In this document: positions 9,691 to 18,332 of the stretch, piece after piece | Layout: every line of letters begins with the position of its first letter | Numbering within the stretch: position 1 is the first letter of the stretch | From: an uncultured Clostridia bacterium | GTDB lineage: Bacteria > Bacillota > Clostridia > Christensenellales > UBA1242 | DNA length: 64,000 nucleotides | NCBI GenBank assembly: GCA_947584415.1 | Contig: CANPWN010000005.1 | Span: 9,142-73,141, forward strand | Direction: 5' to 3' | Program-made: the position numbers and the translations under genes | Notes under the pieces: generated by a model | What the model saw: only the letters and a program-made list of their open reading frames with translations | The model's database searches: none | What the model was told of the DNA's origin: nothing

Positions 9691-12417
9691 TTATTCGTTT
9701 GCATTTGAGAACATGGACCTGATATAGTCCTGCGCCACAACTTGAATCATCGTTCTGTTTGTTGGGCCAGTGATAAGGAAGGCTTGTCCCAAGCCCGCCG
9801 TTACAATGGCGTTTTGCTCTTCCTCGTTGATACCACCAGATTTTTTATAAAGTTCAACAAGGTCGTTGATATCATTTGGAGCAAGTGAGAAGATTAGTGA
9901 ATACTGGCAGGCGTTAATAACCGCAGTGGACTGCCTTTGAATTTCCTCACTTCCCACAAAGTCGGTGATGTTTTGGGTGATGACAATTTGCATACCCCAA
10001 TACTTTCTGATACGCTTTGCCATTTGTGCCATAAAGTCCAAAGCAATTGGGTAACGCGGGTTGATAAAGATGTGCGCTTCGTCAACGGCAATGATGATTT
10101 TACGGTTGTTTTTCTTGTCATTTTTGTGATATTTTGCGTTGAAATCTTTGTTGTTGATGATTTCATTGTTCAAATATCTGAAAACCAAAAGCATCTGTGC
10201 GTTTGTTAAAAGTGCGTTGTTGTTGGCAATCAGAGATTGGAAGTTGAAGCAAACAAAATTTTCATTTGTTTCAATGGAAGTTGGGCCGTTCCACAACTTG
10301 CTGTTTCTTCCGCCCGCTGCAAACTTTTTGATGTAAGTTTCAATTGTCATAAGGTTTTTGAGAGTAAAATCATCTTTAGTTTCTTTAATTCTTCTCAAAA
10401 TCAACTTGTAAAGGTCATCAAAGATTGGATAATCTGCCGGCTTTTTGTTGCCAAGATAAGTGTTTTCATCAATACCTTTTTCTTTGTAAGTGTCAACAAT
10501 AAGTGAGTTCAAAAGTTCAAACGCATCTGAATTTATGCCTTCCAAAATTGACCTGAAGAATTGTTCCAGGAACTGCAAGTGTTGTGAATAAGAGTCATTG
10601 ACAACCTCAACTTTTTTCTTTTTCTTCTTAAGTTGAAGAGTACTCATGTCAACCTCTTGTTCATCCTCTTCCTGTGGGCCCTCGTCCTCCGCCTCATCAA
10701 GAGATGCAATGATGTGGAAAGGATTGATAATTCCGTGCATTGATGAACCAACATCAATGTATTTTCCGCCAAGTGATTCTGTCAAATGGGCATATTCTTT
10801 TTCTGGGTCCAAAATGAAGATTTTGCAGTTGTCTGCCGCCAAATTTGCAAGCAATGTTTTTGTGGCATAACTTTTTCCTGAACCTGATTTTCCAATTACC
10901 ATCATGTTGGAGTTAACACGCGTGTTGTCACGGGCGAAAAAGTCAACAAAAACTGGATATTCATTGTCACCAATGTAAATTCCGTTTTCATCTTGCAGCG
11001 CACTTGAAATAAATGGGAAGACTGCAGCAAGAGTTGATGTTGGTATGCCACGACGGTAATTTTTGATTGTATCTCTGCGAGAAATGTTTGAACTGATGAA
11101 AGCGTCTTGCTGGCGGGCAAACATTTCGCTGAATTTAAAGCCGCTTTGCTTGAGCATAGCCTTTACATCACGCTTTGCCGCATCTTCGCAAGTGATGAAA
11201 GTGTTAACATCATAAAGTTGCTGGTTGTTGTTTTTTAAACTTACAAGCAAATCTCGAAGTGTGTCAACATGGGTTTGAAGTTCAATTTGGCTGGAAGAAC
11301 GCCCCGTTCTTGAAAGTTTGCTTTCCATGTCCATGATGGCCTTATCAATTGAGCGTTCTGCATTTGCTTTTGGAACTGGATTGAACTTCATGACAACTTT
11401 TGTTCTGTCAAGCAGGAATATTTCCGAACCCCAAGCGTTGCCAACATTTAAAGGATAATCCGTGATTGCATAAGTTCTGAACGCTGCGTCATCAATGAAA
11501 TACTTTGCAGCTTTAAAACGCACGCTCTTTGGCTTTGCCCACTCAACATGCTTGGACAAAGGTAAACTTTCAAGTTCACGTTGGTCAAACTCACGACCAT
11601 AATTGGCACGAAGGAAAATTGCAAGGTCTTGGCCATAAAGCCTTTTTGCTGTCATAGGCGCAAGAGATGCCGCAAGTGAATTTATCATGCCGTTGACGGT
11701 GTTTTCCAAAAGTTCCATGTCTTTGTCAAACACAACAACATAAAAGTGGTCCTTGTAAACTTTGTTCTTTCTGTTTAAGTCCTCCATGTAGGACACTCTT
11801 TCTTCGAACACAGGGCTTCGCGAGTCAACTTCGGCCTCCGAAACCTGCCCTTCATATTGCATTTCAAGCAAAAGTTCATATTTTTTATTTTCGCTGTATA
11901 TGTAATTATCCAAAACCATGGCAAGATTGAGTTTTATGATTGAGCAAGTTTGGTCAGGCGTCAATCTTCGAAGTGCGTTGGCAAAACTTTCAATAACATT
12001 GTCCTGAGTGTATTCAGTCAAAAGTCCAAAAAGCACAGGTTTGATTTCAATCACTTGCCCATAGTAAGTGCCATAGTTGATGAACCTGTCCTGATAAATG
12101 CTTTCAAAAGGTATCATTTCGCTGATATCAGAGTGTTTGGATTTTTCGGTTGCGGCGGTGAATCTCTTTTTCTGCGCCATAAACCTAAACAAATGTGCAA
12201 CGGTGACATACATCCTTTCTTCATCAGAAATTTTGATGAAAATTGAAATAAAGAAAATTGTGTAAACTGCGGCTATCCAAAAATGAGCTGGAAAGTTTGA
12301 GGCAAACAAAACAATTGCAATGGCTGCGCCAAGAACAGCTAAAATGAGGTCAAGACCTGTCACGCCCCTGATAAATTCCAATTTAACTTTTGTCTTCCTA
12401 GGAATAATACGCTGCAT
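9691..12417 (-). CDS. VirB4-family T4SS-type ATPase (Gram-positive CD1110/TrsE/TcpF-like) with an N-terminal PrgI/VirB3-like two-TM segment fused to it.
   Basis: 908 aa, RBS AAGGAGA. The N-terminus has two hydrophobic helices (LDLILAVLGAAIAIVLF, FWIAAVYTIFFISIFI). Walker A is VIGKSGSGKSYATK (about 10868-10900), followed by FILDPEKEY...GGKYIDV...INPFHI; Walker B is IIIAVDEAHIF. The stop at 9691 lies 10 nt before the ATG of the giant lipoprotein gene. Confidence 0.8.
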   Translation of the reverse strand: MQRIIPRKTKVKLEFIRGVTGLDLILAVLGAAIAIVLFASNFPAHFWIAAVYTIFFISIFIKISDEERMYVTVAHLFRFMAQKKRFTAATEKSKHSDISEMIPFESIYQDRFINYGTYYGQVIEIKPVLFGLLTEYTQDNVIESFANALRRLTPDQTCSIIKLNLAMVLDNYIYSENKKYELLLEMQYEGQVSEAEVDSRSPVFEERVSYMEDLNRKNKVYKDHFYVVVFDKDMELLENTVNGMINSLAASLAPMTAKRLYGQDLAIFLRANYGREFDQRELESLPLSKHVEWAKPKSVRFKAAKYFIDDAAFRTYAITDYPLNVGNAWGSEIFLLDRTKVVMKFNPVPKANAERSIDKAIMDMESKLSRTGRSSSQIELQTHVDTLRDLLVSLKNNNQQLYDVNTFITCEDAAKRDVKAMLKQSGFKFSEMFARQQDAFISSNISRRDTIKNYRRGIPTSTLAAVFPFISSALQDENGIYIGDNEYPVFVDFFARDNTRVNSNMMVIGKSGSGKSYATKTLLANLAADNCKIFILDPEKEYAHLTESLGGKYIDVGSSMHGIINPFHIIASLDEAEDEGPQEEDEQEVDMSTLQLKKKKKKVEVVNDSYSQHLQFLEQFFRSILEGINSDAFELLNSLIVDTYKEKGIDENTYLGNKKPADYPIFDDLYKLILRRIKETKDDFTLKNLMTIETYIKKFAAGGRNSKLWNGPTSIETNENFVCFNFQSLIANNNALLTNAQMLLVFRYLNNEIINNKDFNAKYHKNDKKNNRKIIIAVDEAHIFINPRYPIALDFMAQMAKRIRKYWGMQIVITQNITDFVGSEEIQRQSTAVINACQYSLIFSLAPNDINDLVELYKKSGGINEEEQNAIVTAGLGQAFLITGPTNRTMIQVVAQDYIRSMFSNANE

Positions 12418-12476
12418 ATTTTTCTCCTTGTAAATATTTTACTACAAAGGATGTTAAAAATACAAACGATTTGACC

Positions 12477-13178
12477 TCATTTACAATTATAAAATAATAT
12501 ATTTAATTTGTTGTGTTTTCTTGCTTCAGAAATTTTTTTTGCAGTAATTATTTCGAATTTTTTTATTATTAATTCATTGTTCAGCCCAACAATGTCTTTT
12601 GTTGCCATTTTCCCAATTAAACCACTTGGGTCAGACGAAATTCTGTAAGGTGCTGCGGGCTTGGTTTCTTTCGGCGTGGCGACTTCTGTGATTTTGACAA
12701 GACGCTCAAAAGAAGGCGTCTGCAAAGGCGTTTCATTTTTTTGTAAAATAAAATTATTATCCTTTTTTTTGCCGCCAACAACAAGGAAATCTCTGCCATC
12801 AAAAGAAATGTTTTTTGAGGAAAAAATAACAAAATTTGTCAAAAATGCTTGAATTTTGCCATTTTTTAATAATATTTCTTTAATTTTTCCCAAATTTTCA
12901 CCTTTATTTGTGAAAACTTGTTTTCCAAGCAGACGCCTTTGAACAGACGACTGGACATAATTCAACTTTTCTTCCGAAGTGACAAAAACGCCCTCAACTC
13001 TAAGCATTGCGTCCTTAAAATCAATCTCCGCCTCTTCCTCTGTTTCCTCGTCCACAACAATAAGTTTGTCAACCTTGGCATATTCCCCGTCAAGAACAAC
13101 ATTAAGTACATATCCAATCTGCGAGCCGCTTGCAAAGGAATAAACTTTTTTTGAAATTATTTCTGATAATTTTTGCAT
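12477..13178 (-). CDS. PRC-barrel-like domain protein, apparently two barrel repeats plus a C-terminal tail; function unknown.
   Basis: 233 aa. The pattern KVYSFASGSQIGYVLNVVLD...KLIVVD and GKQVFTNKGENLGKIKEILLKNGKI resembles YlmC/YmxH-type PRC barrels. It is the first gene of the apparent operon with the VirB4-like gene. Confidence 0.4.
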   Translation of the reverse strand: MQKLSEIISKKVYSFASGSQIGYVLNVVLDGEYAKVDKLIVVDEETEEEAEIDFKDAMLRVEGVFVTSEEKLNYVQSSVQRRLLGKQVFTNKGENLGKIKEILLKNGKIQAFLTNFVIFSSKNISFDGRDFLVVGGKKKDNNFILQKNETPLQTPSFERLVKITEVATPKETKPAAPYRISSDPSGLIGKMATKDIVGLNNELIIKKFEIITAKKISEARKHNKLNILFYNCK

Positions 13179-13270
13179 GTTACAATTTATAGTAAAAAAA
13201 TTAAAATTATGAATTTAATAAAAAAAACGACAAAAAATGTCAAAAAAACATTTATTTTTATTGTTTTTTG

Positions 13271-13299
13271 TTGACAAAAAAATATATTAGGATTAAAAT
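13271..13299 (+). promoter_or_regulatory. Sigma-A-type promoter, TTGACA-17 nt-TAAAAT.
   Basis: TTGACA is at 13271-13276 and TAAAAT at 13294-13299. The ATG at 13307 is 7 nt after the -10 box and there is no SD sequence. Confidence 0.5.
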
Positions 13300-13306
13300 T
13301 TCTTGT

Positions 13307-13528
13307 ATGAAAAAGAAAATAAAAAATTTGGAAATCACAAAAGACACAACAATAAGGGACATCCTTGAATTTGATGAAAGCCTTGCTGAAATATTTTTGG
13401 GCTTTGACATGCACTGCATTTATTGTCCAATGAGCCAAATGGAAACAGTGGAAGAGGCCGCATCAGTTCATGGTGTTGATGTTGACTTTTTGCTTAAAAA
13501 ATTAAATGAAAACAAAAAAGGAAATTAA
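13307..13528 (+). CDS. DUF1858-type small protein (hybrid-cluster-protein-associated redox disulfide domain).
   Basis: ITKDTTIRDILEFDESLAEIFLGFDMHCIYCPMSQMETVEEAASVHGVDVDFLLKKLN matches the DUF1858 pattern. I chose the internal ATG over the TTG start in the track. Confidence 0.6.
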   Translation: MKKKIKNLEITKDTTIRDILEFDESLAEIFLGFDMHCIYCPMSQMETVEEAASVHGVDVDFLLKKLNENKKGN

Positions 13529-13543
13529 GCGTTTCCTTTTTTC
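13512..13543. terminator. Bidirectional hairpin terminator built from the overlapping ends of two convergent genes.
   Basis: AAAAAGGAAA-ttaagcg-TTTCCTTTTT with A/T runs on both sides. The two stop codons overlap at 13525-13528 (TTAA). Confidence 0.55.
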
Positions 13544-15690
13544 ATTTCTTCTTTAAATAAATCATATTTGTAAATTGCATTTATTCTTCGCCACTTTTCA
13601 AAGAATTGAGAAGTGATATTTTTAAACTCTTCTTTTTCTTCATCTGTGACTCCCGGTTGTGCATAGGTTATTTTTATGCCATCATCAGAATAAATTTTAT
13701 CACTGAAAACTCCGCTGTTTTGTGAAATTATGACATGATTTGAAATTGGATTTCCTTCCAAATCTTGACAATAGACAGGATATCCCATGTATCCCCCTGG
13801 AAGATAATTTAGGCCAAACAGGGTCATTATTGTTGCGGTCAAATCATAAGCCTCGGTGAAAGTTTTGACATAATGGCTTTGCCCTTCAAGCGCGGCGTCA
13901 TTGAGTCGCGTGGAGTAAATGAAGGCTGGAACAGAGTATCTGTTCGGGTCAAAATCATCATAGGTTTTGCTTAAGCCTGATTTTTCAAGCCAATAATATG
14001 GGTGGCCAAGTTGCTCGTCATAATAATCACTATAGAAATAAGGTTTGTAAATTAAGTCGCCATCATAATAGAAATTGTTGTGGTCGGCATAAAAGACAAT
14101 TGTTGTGTTGTCAAGTTCGCCGCTTAAAGCGAGATTGTAAACAAGATAACTCACCATAAATTCCATGTCCACTGCACCGGCATAATAGGTTCGCATGTAA
14201 TCATTCCAAAGATTATTATCAACTTGTGCTGTGGAAGGAATTTTTAGCCACGGAGATGCGTCAACAAAAGGATACATCTCTTCCAAATATGGATTGTATT
14301 CATAAGAACCATGTGTGGAAACTGAGGTGAAGAACGACATGAACGGCCCATCATGGTTTTTATGCGTGAAATCATCATAATAAAGTTGCATAAAAGCGCT
14401 GTCCTTTGCGCCAAGCCTTAGCACATCACCATGATAATTTTCCATCTTGTCCATGTCATCAATAAACAAAAGTTTGTCAAAACCAAAGCGTTTGTTCAAA
14501 GTCACTCGGTTATAGAAATCCTTGAGCCATGTGTGGAAGTAGCCGGTTTCATAGCCTTGCGCCTTAAGTTGTGAAGGCAAAGTGTAGCAATAATCAGTCC
14601 CCTCATAAAGATTTGGGATGTTGGTGTAAGTGTCCTTAAATGGATAGCCGCCAATAATCACGCTGTGTTCAGAATAGTCCGTTTTTGCCTTTGAGTGATA
14701 ATTTAAAAGCGTCAAGCCCACTTCATCACAATTAAGGTCGTCATAGTTCAAACTTGTTCTTGAAGTTGAAAATGTGCCGTCAGGATTTGGAGTGTAAGAA
14801 TAAAAATATTCACCTCCGGCAATATCCAATTTGCTGAAATCAACCCCGTTTGCCAAAGAGAAAAGCACCGGCGTCATTTCTGGAGAGATTGCATACCACT
14901 CAAAACTTTCCGCCATAATCACAACCAGATTGTCGCCCGCAAGTTTATTGAACAAAATTTGGTCTTTGACTTCATACTCTTTTGAAATCAATTGGCTTTG
15001 CGCCTCCAACTGAGTGACAACATCTTTGTTTGTGCCAAACATACGGCGGAACAAATCTTCAAAGTAAAAACCATAAGTTCCAAATTTGGCAATGCTTGTT
15101 GAACCAACATAAAAAGTTGAAAAGAGTTCCGAATCTGTTATTCTTCCCTCACTTGCGTTTGCTGTGCCTTGGATATGGCCAAGTTCAAAACTATAAAATG
15201 AAAAGGAGGACAAAAGCGCAATCACAAGCGTGTAAATTTTAACTTTTTGTGAAAACTCTTCATTTTCTCGCTTGCAAGATTTAAGTTTTGAAATTGCAAC
15301 AAGTGAAGCGACATAAGTTGCAATAATTGGAAGATAAAATGCAAGCGGTTCAAACACAAAAACATTGGCATTGACAACTTCCGCAGTTTCTTTTGCCAAA
15401 GTGAACATGTCAAAAATAAATGCAGAGGAAATATTGTGCATCACACAGATGTTGGCATACGACAAAACAAGTTGCAAACCAAGAAAGACGGACATGATGA
15501 CAATTCTAAGCCACTGCTTAGGGACAATGAAAACAACAAGAGCAATAAAAAGCATTATGCCAAAATCCAAAAGAAAATACTCTGGCATTGCTCCCCAATC
15601 AAACCAGATAAACAAAAACATTTCCATTGCAATTGCATACAACAGAAACAGTCCTGCCGAATATAAACCTTTTTTGACGGCATTTGTCAT
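13525..15690 (-). CDS. LTA synthase family / sulfatase-type phosphoglycerol transferase (LtaS-like).
   Basis: 721 aa with about 5 N-terminal TM helices. The extracellular domain carries NLVVIMAESFEW and FHTWLKDFYNRVTLNKRFGFDKLLF, as typical of LtaS-family enzymes. Confidence 0.75.
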   Translation of the reverse strand: MTNAVKKGLYSAGLFLLYAIAMEMFLFIWFDWGAMPEYFLLDFGIMLFIALVVFIVPKQWLRIVIMSVFLGLQLVLSYANICVMHNISSAFIFDMFTLAKETAEVVNANVFVFEPLAFYLPIIATYVASLVAISKLKSCKRENEEFSQKVKIYTLVIALLSSFSFYSFELGHIQGTANASEGRITDSELFSTFYVGSTSIAKFGTYGFYFEDLFRRMFGTNKDVVTQLEAQSQLISKEYEVKDQILFNKLAGDNLVVIMAESFEWYAISPEMTPVLFSLANGVDFSKLDIAGGEYFYSYTPNPDGTFSTSRTSLNYDDLNCDEVGLTLLNYHSKAKTDYSEHSVIIGGYPFKDTYTNIPNLYEGTDYCYTLPSQLKAQGYETGYFHTWLKDFYNRVTLNKRFGFDKLLFIDDMDKMENYHGDVLRLGAKDSAFMQLYYDDFTHKNHDGPFMSFFTSVSTHGSYEYNPYLEEMYPFVDASPWLKIPSTAQVDNNLWNDYMRTYYAGAVDMEFMVSYLVYNLALSGELDNTTIVFYADHNNFYYDGDLIYKPYFYSDYYDEQLGHPYYWLEKSGLSKTYDDFDPNRYSVPAFIYSTRLNDAALEGQSHYVKTFTEAYDLTATIMTLFGLNYLPGGYMGYPVYCQDLEGNPISNHVIISQNSGVFSDKIYSDDGIKITYAQPGVTDEEKEEFKNITSQFFEKWRRINAIYKYDLFKEEMKKGNA

Positions 15691-15696
15691 AAGTTT

Positions 15697-15724
15697 ATTT
15701 TATCACTTTTTTTGAAAATAACAA
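15697..15724 (-). promoter_or_regulatory. Candidate promoter, TTGTTA-16 nt-TGaTAAAAT (extended -10).
   Basis: Minus-strand reading is TTGTTAttttcaaaaaaagTGATAAAATaaacttATG. The -10 box ends 6 nt before the ATG at 15690, with no SD. Confidence 0.4.
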
Positions 15725-15725
15725 A

Positions 15726-16505
15726 TTATTTTGTTCGCTTTTCTTTTTTGCGAAGTGATTTCTTAAATATTTTCATTTTGCGTCTGCCATCACTCAAAGA
15801 TGCACGCTCAATCAATTTTGTATAAGCCTTATTGCCAATGATTGCTTTAAGGCCATGACCCAGTTTGTTTGCAAATTTGTCCAACTTTCCAAACCATGTT
15901 GCAGCATAATGGTGGATAAAATAGGAATTTTCTGTGACCTTTATCTCTCCCGTCCAGAAGTTTTTTGGGCTGAAATAGTCTTCTGGATAAATGTTGACTC
16001 CATCCTTCAGATGTTGCATTGTTCCATTTTGTTTCAAACCATGTTTTTCAAGAACTTTTGTGAAAATAATAGGCGAAGTGACCATCATCATTTTTCCTGA
16101 AACAATAAAATCACTTTTCATGTATAATTGCAAAACATCATCCAGCCATTTGCCTTGTCCTGCTATGACACTTGTGCCAAGCCAATACTTGTTTTCAAAA
16201 CCTATAAACCCTTCACAATCCAAAAGTTCATCTATTGGTTTTAAAATTTCAACATCTGTGTCCAAATAAATCCCACCATAGTTTTTGAGAGCCCAAATTC
16301 TGACAAAGTCTGATAAATATGCGAATTTTTTTGACTCATAGGTCTGTTTTGTGTAATTGCACATATTGATATCAAAATTGTCCTCGTTCCAGCACATAAT
16401 TTCATAGTCTGGGCAATATTTTTTCCAAGACGCAAGATTTTTCTTAAACTCTTCGGGCAATTCTTTTTTCCCAAACCACACATAGTGAATTATCTTTTTT
16501 ATCAT
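15726..16505 (-). CDS. DXD-motif glycosyltransferase (Gly_transf_sug / OCH1-like sugar-binding region).
   Basis: IHYVWFGKKELPEEFKKNLASWKKYCPDYEIMCWNEDNF and YLDTDVE (DXD). It shows ATGA start/stop overlap with hflX. Confidence 0.7.
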   Translation of the reverse strand: MIKKIIHYVWFGKKELPEEFKKNLASWKKYCPDYEIMCWNEDNFDINMCNYTKQTYESKKFAYLSDFVRIWALKNYGGIYLDTDVEILKPIDELLDCEGFIGFENKYWLGTSVIAGQGKWLDDVLQLYMKSDFIVSGKMMMVTSPIIFTKVLEKHGLKQNGTMQHLKDGVNIYPEDYFSPKNFWTGEIKVTENSYFIHHYAATWFGKLDKFANKLGHGLKAIIGNKAYTKLIERASLSDGRRKMKIFKKSLRKKEKRTK

Positions 16506-17599
16506 TGTAAGCGCTCCTTTATTTTTTCTTTTAACTGCTCCAAACCTTCCTTATTTTTGGCTGAAACAAAAATTTCATCATCAGAAATGGCGAATTTTTC
16601 ATCCAAAAGGTCGGCTTTGTTATAAACAATAAGTCTGTTTTTTGTCGCGCCCAGTTCATCCAAAACTTTGTTTGTCACTTGCATTGATTTTTCAAAATAT
16701 TTTTCTTTTTCAGGTGTCAGCGAAACTGCTGTCGGGTCAACAACATGCAAAATAAGGTCGGCGTCCTTTGCCTCCTCCAGCGTTGAAGCAAACGCGTCCA
16801 CGAGTTCGTGCGGAAGGTCGGAAATAAAGCCAACCGTGTCCGTTATAAGCACATTTTCACCATCCAAAAACATTTTGCGGCTGGTTGTGTCAAGCGTGGC
16901 AAAATATTTGTCCTCCGCATAGATGTTGTCGCGTGTTAAGGCGTTCAATAAACTTGATTTGCCTGCGTTTGTGTAGCCAACAATGGCAATCTTTTTTATG
17001 CCATTTTTTTGGCGCTCTCGCCTGTTGACAAGACGCTGCTGTTTGATTTTTGCAATCTCACGCTTTAAAGCGACAATTTCATTTTCCAAAATTCTGCGGT
17101 CAAGTTCAAGTTTTGTTTCACCTGGGCCACGCATCCCAACGCCGCCGCTTCCAAATCTGCCGCTTGAACCCTGAATTGCCGCAAGCCTTGGCAAATTGTA
17201 AAGATTTTGCGCAAGGCGGACTTGAAGTTTGGCTTCTCTTGTTTTCGCTCCACGAGCAAAGATGTCTAAAACAAGTCCAACTCGGTCAATCACCCTTGTG
17301 TTGAAAGCATCTGACAAGTTTTTGATTTGCGAGCCAATAAGTTTGTAATCAACAATAACAACATCAACTGGGTTGTCCTTAAGATAATCACTTATCTCTT
17401 TAACCTTCCCGCTGCCAATAACTGTTGCACGAGAAAATTCTTTTATATTTTGCGAAAAAACCTTCTCCACACTTAAATCCGTGGACAAGGCAAGACGCAC
17501 AATTTCATCAGTCTTTCTGTTTTTGCTGTCGCCCTTTTGCTCCAGCACAACAACAACTATGGCTTTTTCTTTCTCTGTTTGAGTTGAATAGGTTTTCAC
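16502..17599 (-). CDS. hflX: GTPase HflX.
   Basis: 365 aa. It has the HflX N-domain (LVLDIFARGAKTREAKLQVRLAQ) and G motifs GYTNAGKSSL, DTVGF and NKAD. The start codon is GTG. Confidence 0.85.
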   Translation of the reverse strand: MKTYSTQTEKEKAIVVVVLEQKGDSKNRKTDEIVRLALSTDLSVEKVFSQNIKEFSRATVIGSGKVKEISDYLKDNPVDVVIVDYKLIGSQIKNLSDAFNTRVIDRVGLVLDIFARGAKTREAKLQVRLAQNLYNLPRLAAIQGSSGRFGSGGVGMRGPGETKLELDRRILENEIVALKREIAKIKQQRLVNRRERQKNGIKKIAIVGYTNAGKSSLLNALTRDNIYAEDKYFATLDTTSRKMFLDGENVLITDTVGFISDLPHELVDAFASTLEEAKDADLILHVVDPTAVSLTPEKEKYFEKSMQVTNKVLDELGATKNRLIVYNKADLLDEKFAISDDEIFVSAKNKEGLEQLKEKIKERLQ

Positions 17600-17606
17600 G
17601 CCATCA

Positions 17607-18272
17607 TTATATCATAACTTGTTTGCCATCTGCAAGAATTTGCGGGGTTAAGGTGGAAATAACAAGATTTTTCATCTGTTTTTTTCCGTCCAATAAACTG
17701 AAAAGCCACACCACCTTGTCCTTTCCACCTTCCAAATAATTGGCAACTCGTAAATAGGCCTCGCCCTTAAATTCGCCATCATCACAAAGCGCGTCAACCT
17801 CATTTTTCAAATTTTCATAGGCAATTTCCAACGCTTTGTTGTGATCAACGACAAAATCATCACTCAAACATTGCATTTCCACCTTTTTGCCCATGTATTC
17901 AAACGTGATTTTTTCCGAGCCATCAAGCCTTTTTTCTAAATCAACAAAATGCAATCCCGTGACAAAGTTGAACTGCATGATAACATTTTGAACCTGCCCG
18001 TTTATTGAAATTGTTGCAAGTTCCATGTCATCACCCTCAAGCCTTGCATTGACAAGCGCAAAATCAAGTTTATCACAACTTTTGCCATCATAAATGTATG
18101 GCTCTTCGCGCTGGCCAGATGTGATTGTGACAAACATTTGCTCGTCTAAGGACATAAAATAAACCTCATTTAGTTCCGACATATTTTGCTTTAATAAAGT
18201 CAAGTTGTCCGCCATTTTACAACCAGAAAAAAACAGAACCATTGGCAAGAGGGCAAAAATAATTTTCTTCAT
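17607..18272 (-). CDS. Lipoprotein of unknown function.
   Basis: Internal start MKKIIFALLPMVLFFSGC (lipobox) with RBS GAGGTG. The longer track ORF (to 18404) would overlap the fba start and promoter. Confidence 0.6.
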   Translation of the reverse strand: MKKIIFALLPMVLFFSGCKMADNLTLLKQNMSELNEVYFMSLDEQMFVTITSGQREEPYIYDGKSCDKLDFALVNARLEGDDMELATISINGQVQNVIMQFNFVTGLHFVDLEKRLDGSEKITFEYMGKKVEMQCLSDDFVVDHNKALEIAYENLKNEVDALCDDGEFKGEAYLRVANYLEGGKDKVVWLFSLLDGKKQMKNLVISTLTPQILADGKQVMI

Positions 18273-18317
18273 TTTTTCACCTCTATTTAAAAATACGCTA
18301 TACTTTTTGCAAAAATG

Positions 18318-18326
18318 TGATATAAT
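18318..18326 (+). promoter_or_regulatory. Extended -10 promoter element, TGaTATAAT.
   Basis: TATAAT is at 18321-18326 with TG at 18318-18319. The fba ATG at 18333 lies 6 nt after the -10 box, with no SD. Confidence 0.4.
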
Positions 18327-18332
18327 TTTGAT

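Noticed and set aside
12531-12770. A8/T8 homopolymer tracts in the PRC-barrel gene (12533-12540, 12763-12770), and a T7 tract in the variable tail of the giant gene near 32684, as slipped-strand phase-variation switches.
   Set aside because: Tracts of this length encoding Lys runs are common in AT-rich genomes. There is no evidence of frameshifted copies in the window.
1-13178. Integrative conjugative element or plasmid-derived island, inferred from the VirB4-like gene.
   Set aside because: The window contains no relaxase, coupling protein, VirB6/VirB8-like genes, cell-wall hydrolase, integrase or att-like repeats. The flanks are housekeeping genes. I kept this only as an alternative origin in the relevant finding.
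13187-13438. An 83-aa minus-strand ORF spanning the divergent promoter region.
   Set aside because: It covers an AT-rich intergenic region and is antisense to the DUF1858 gene. Its translation is dominated by Phe/Ile/Lys and it has no RBS.
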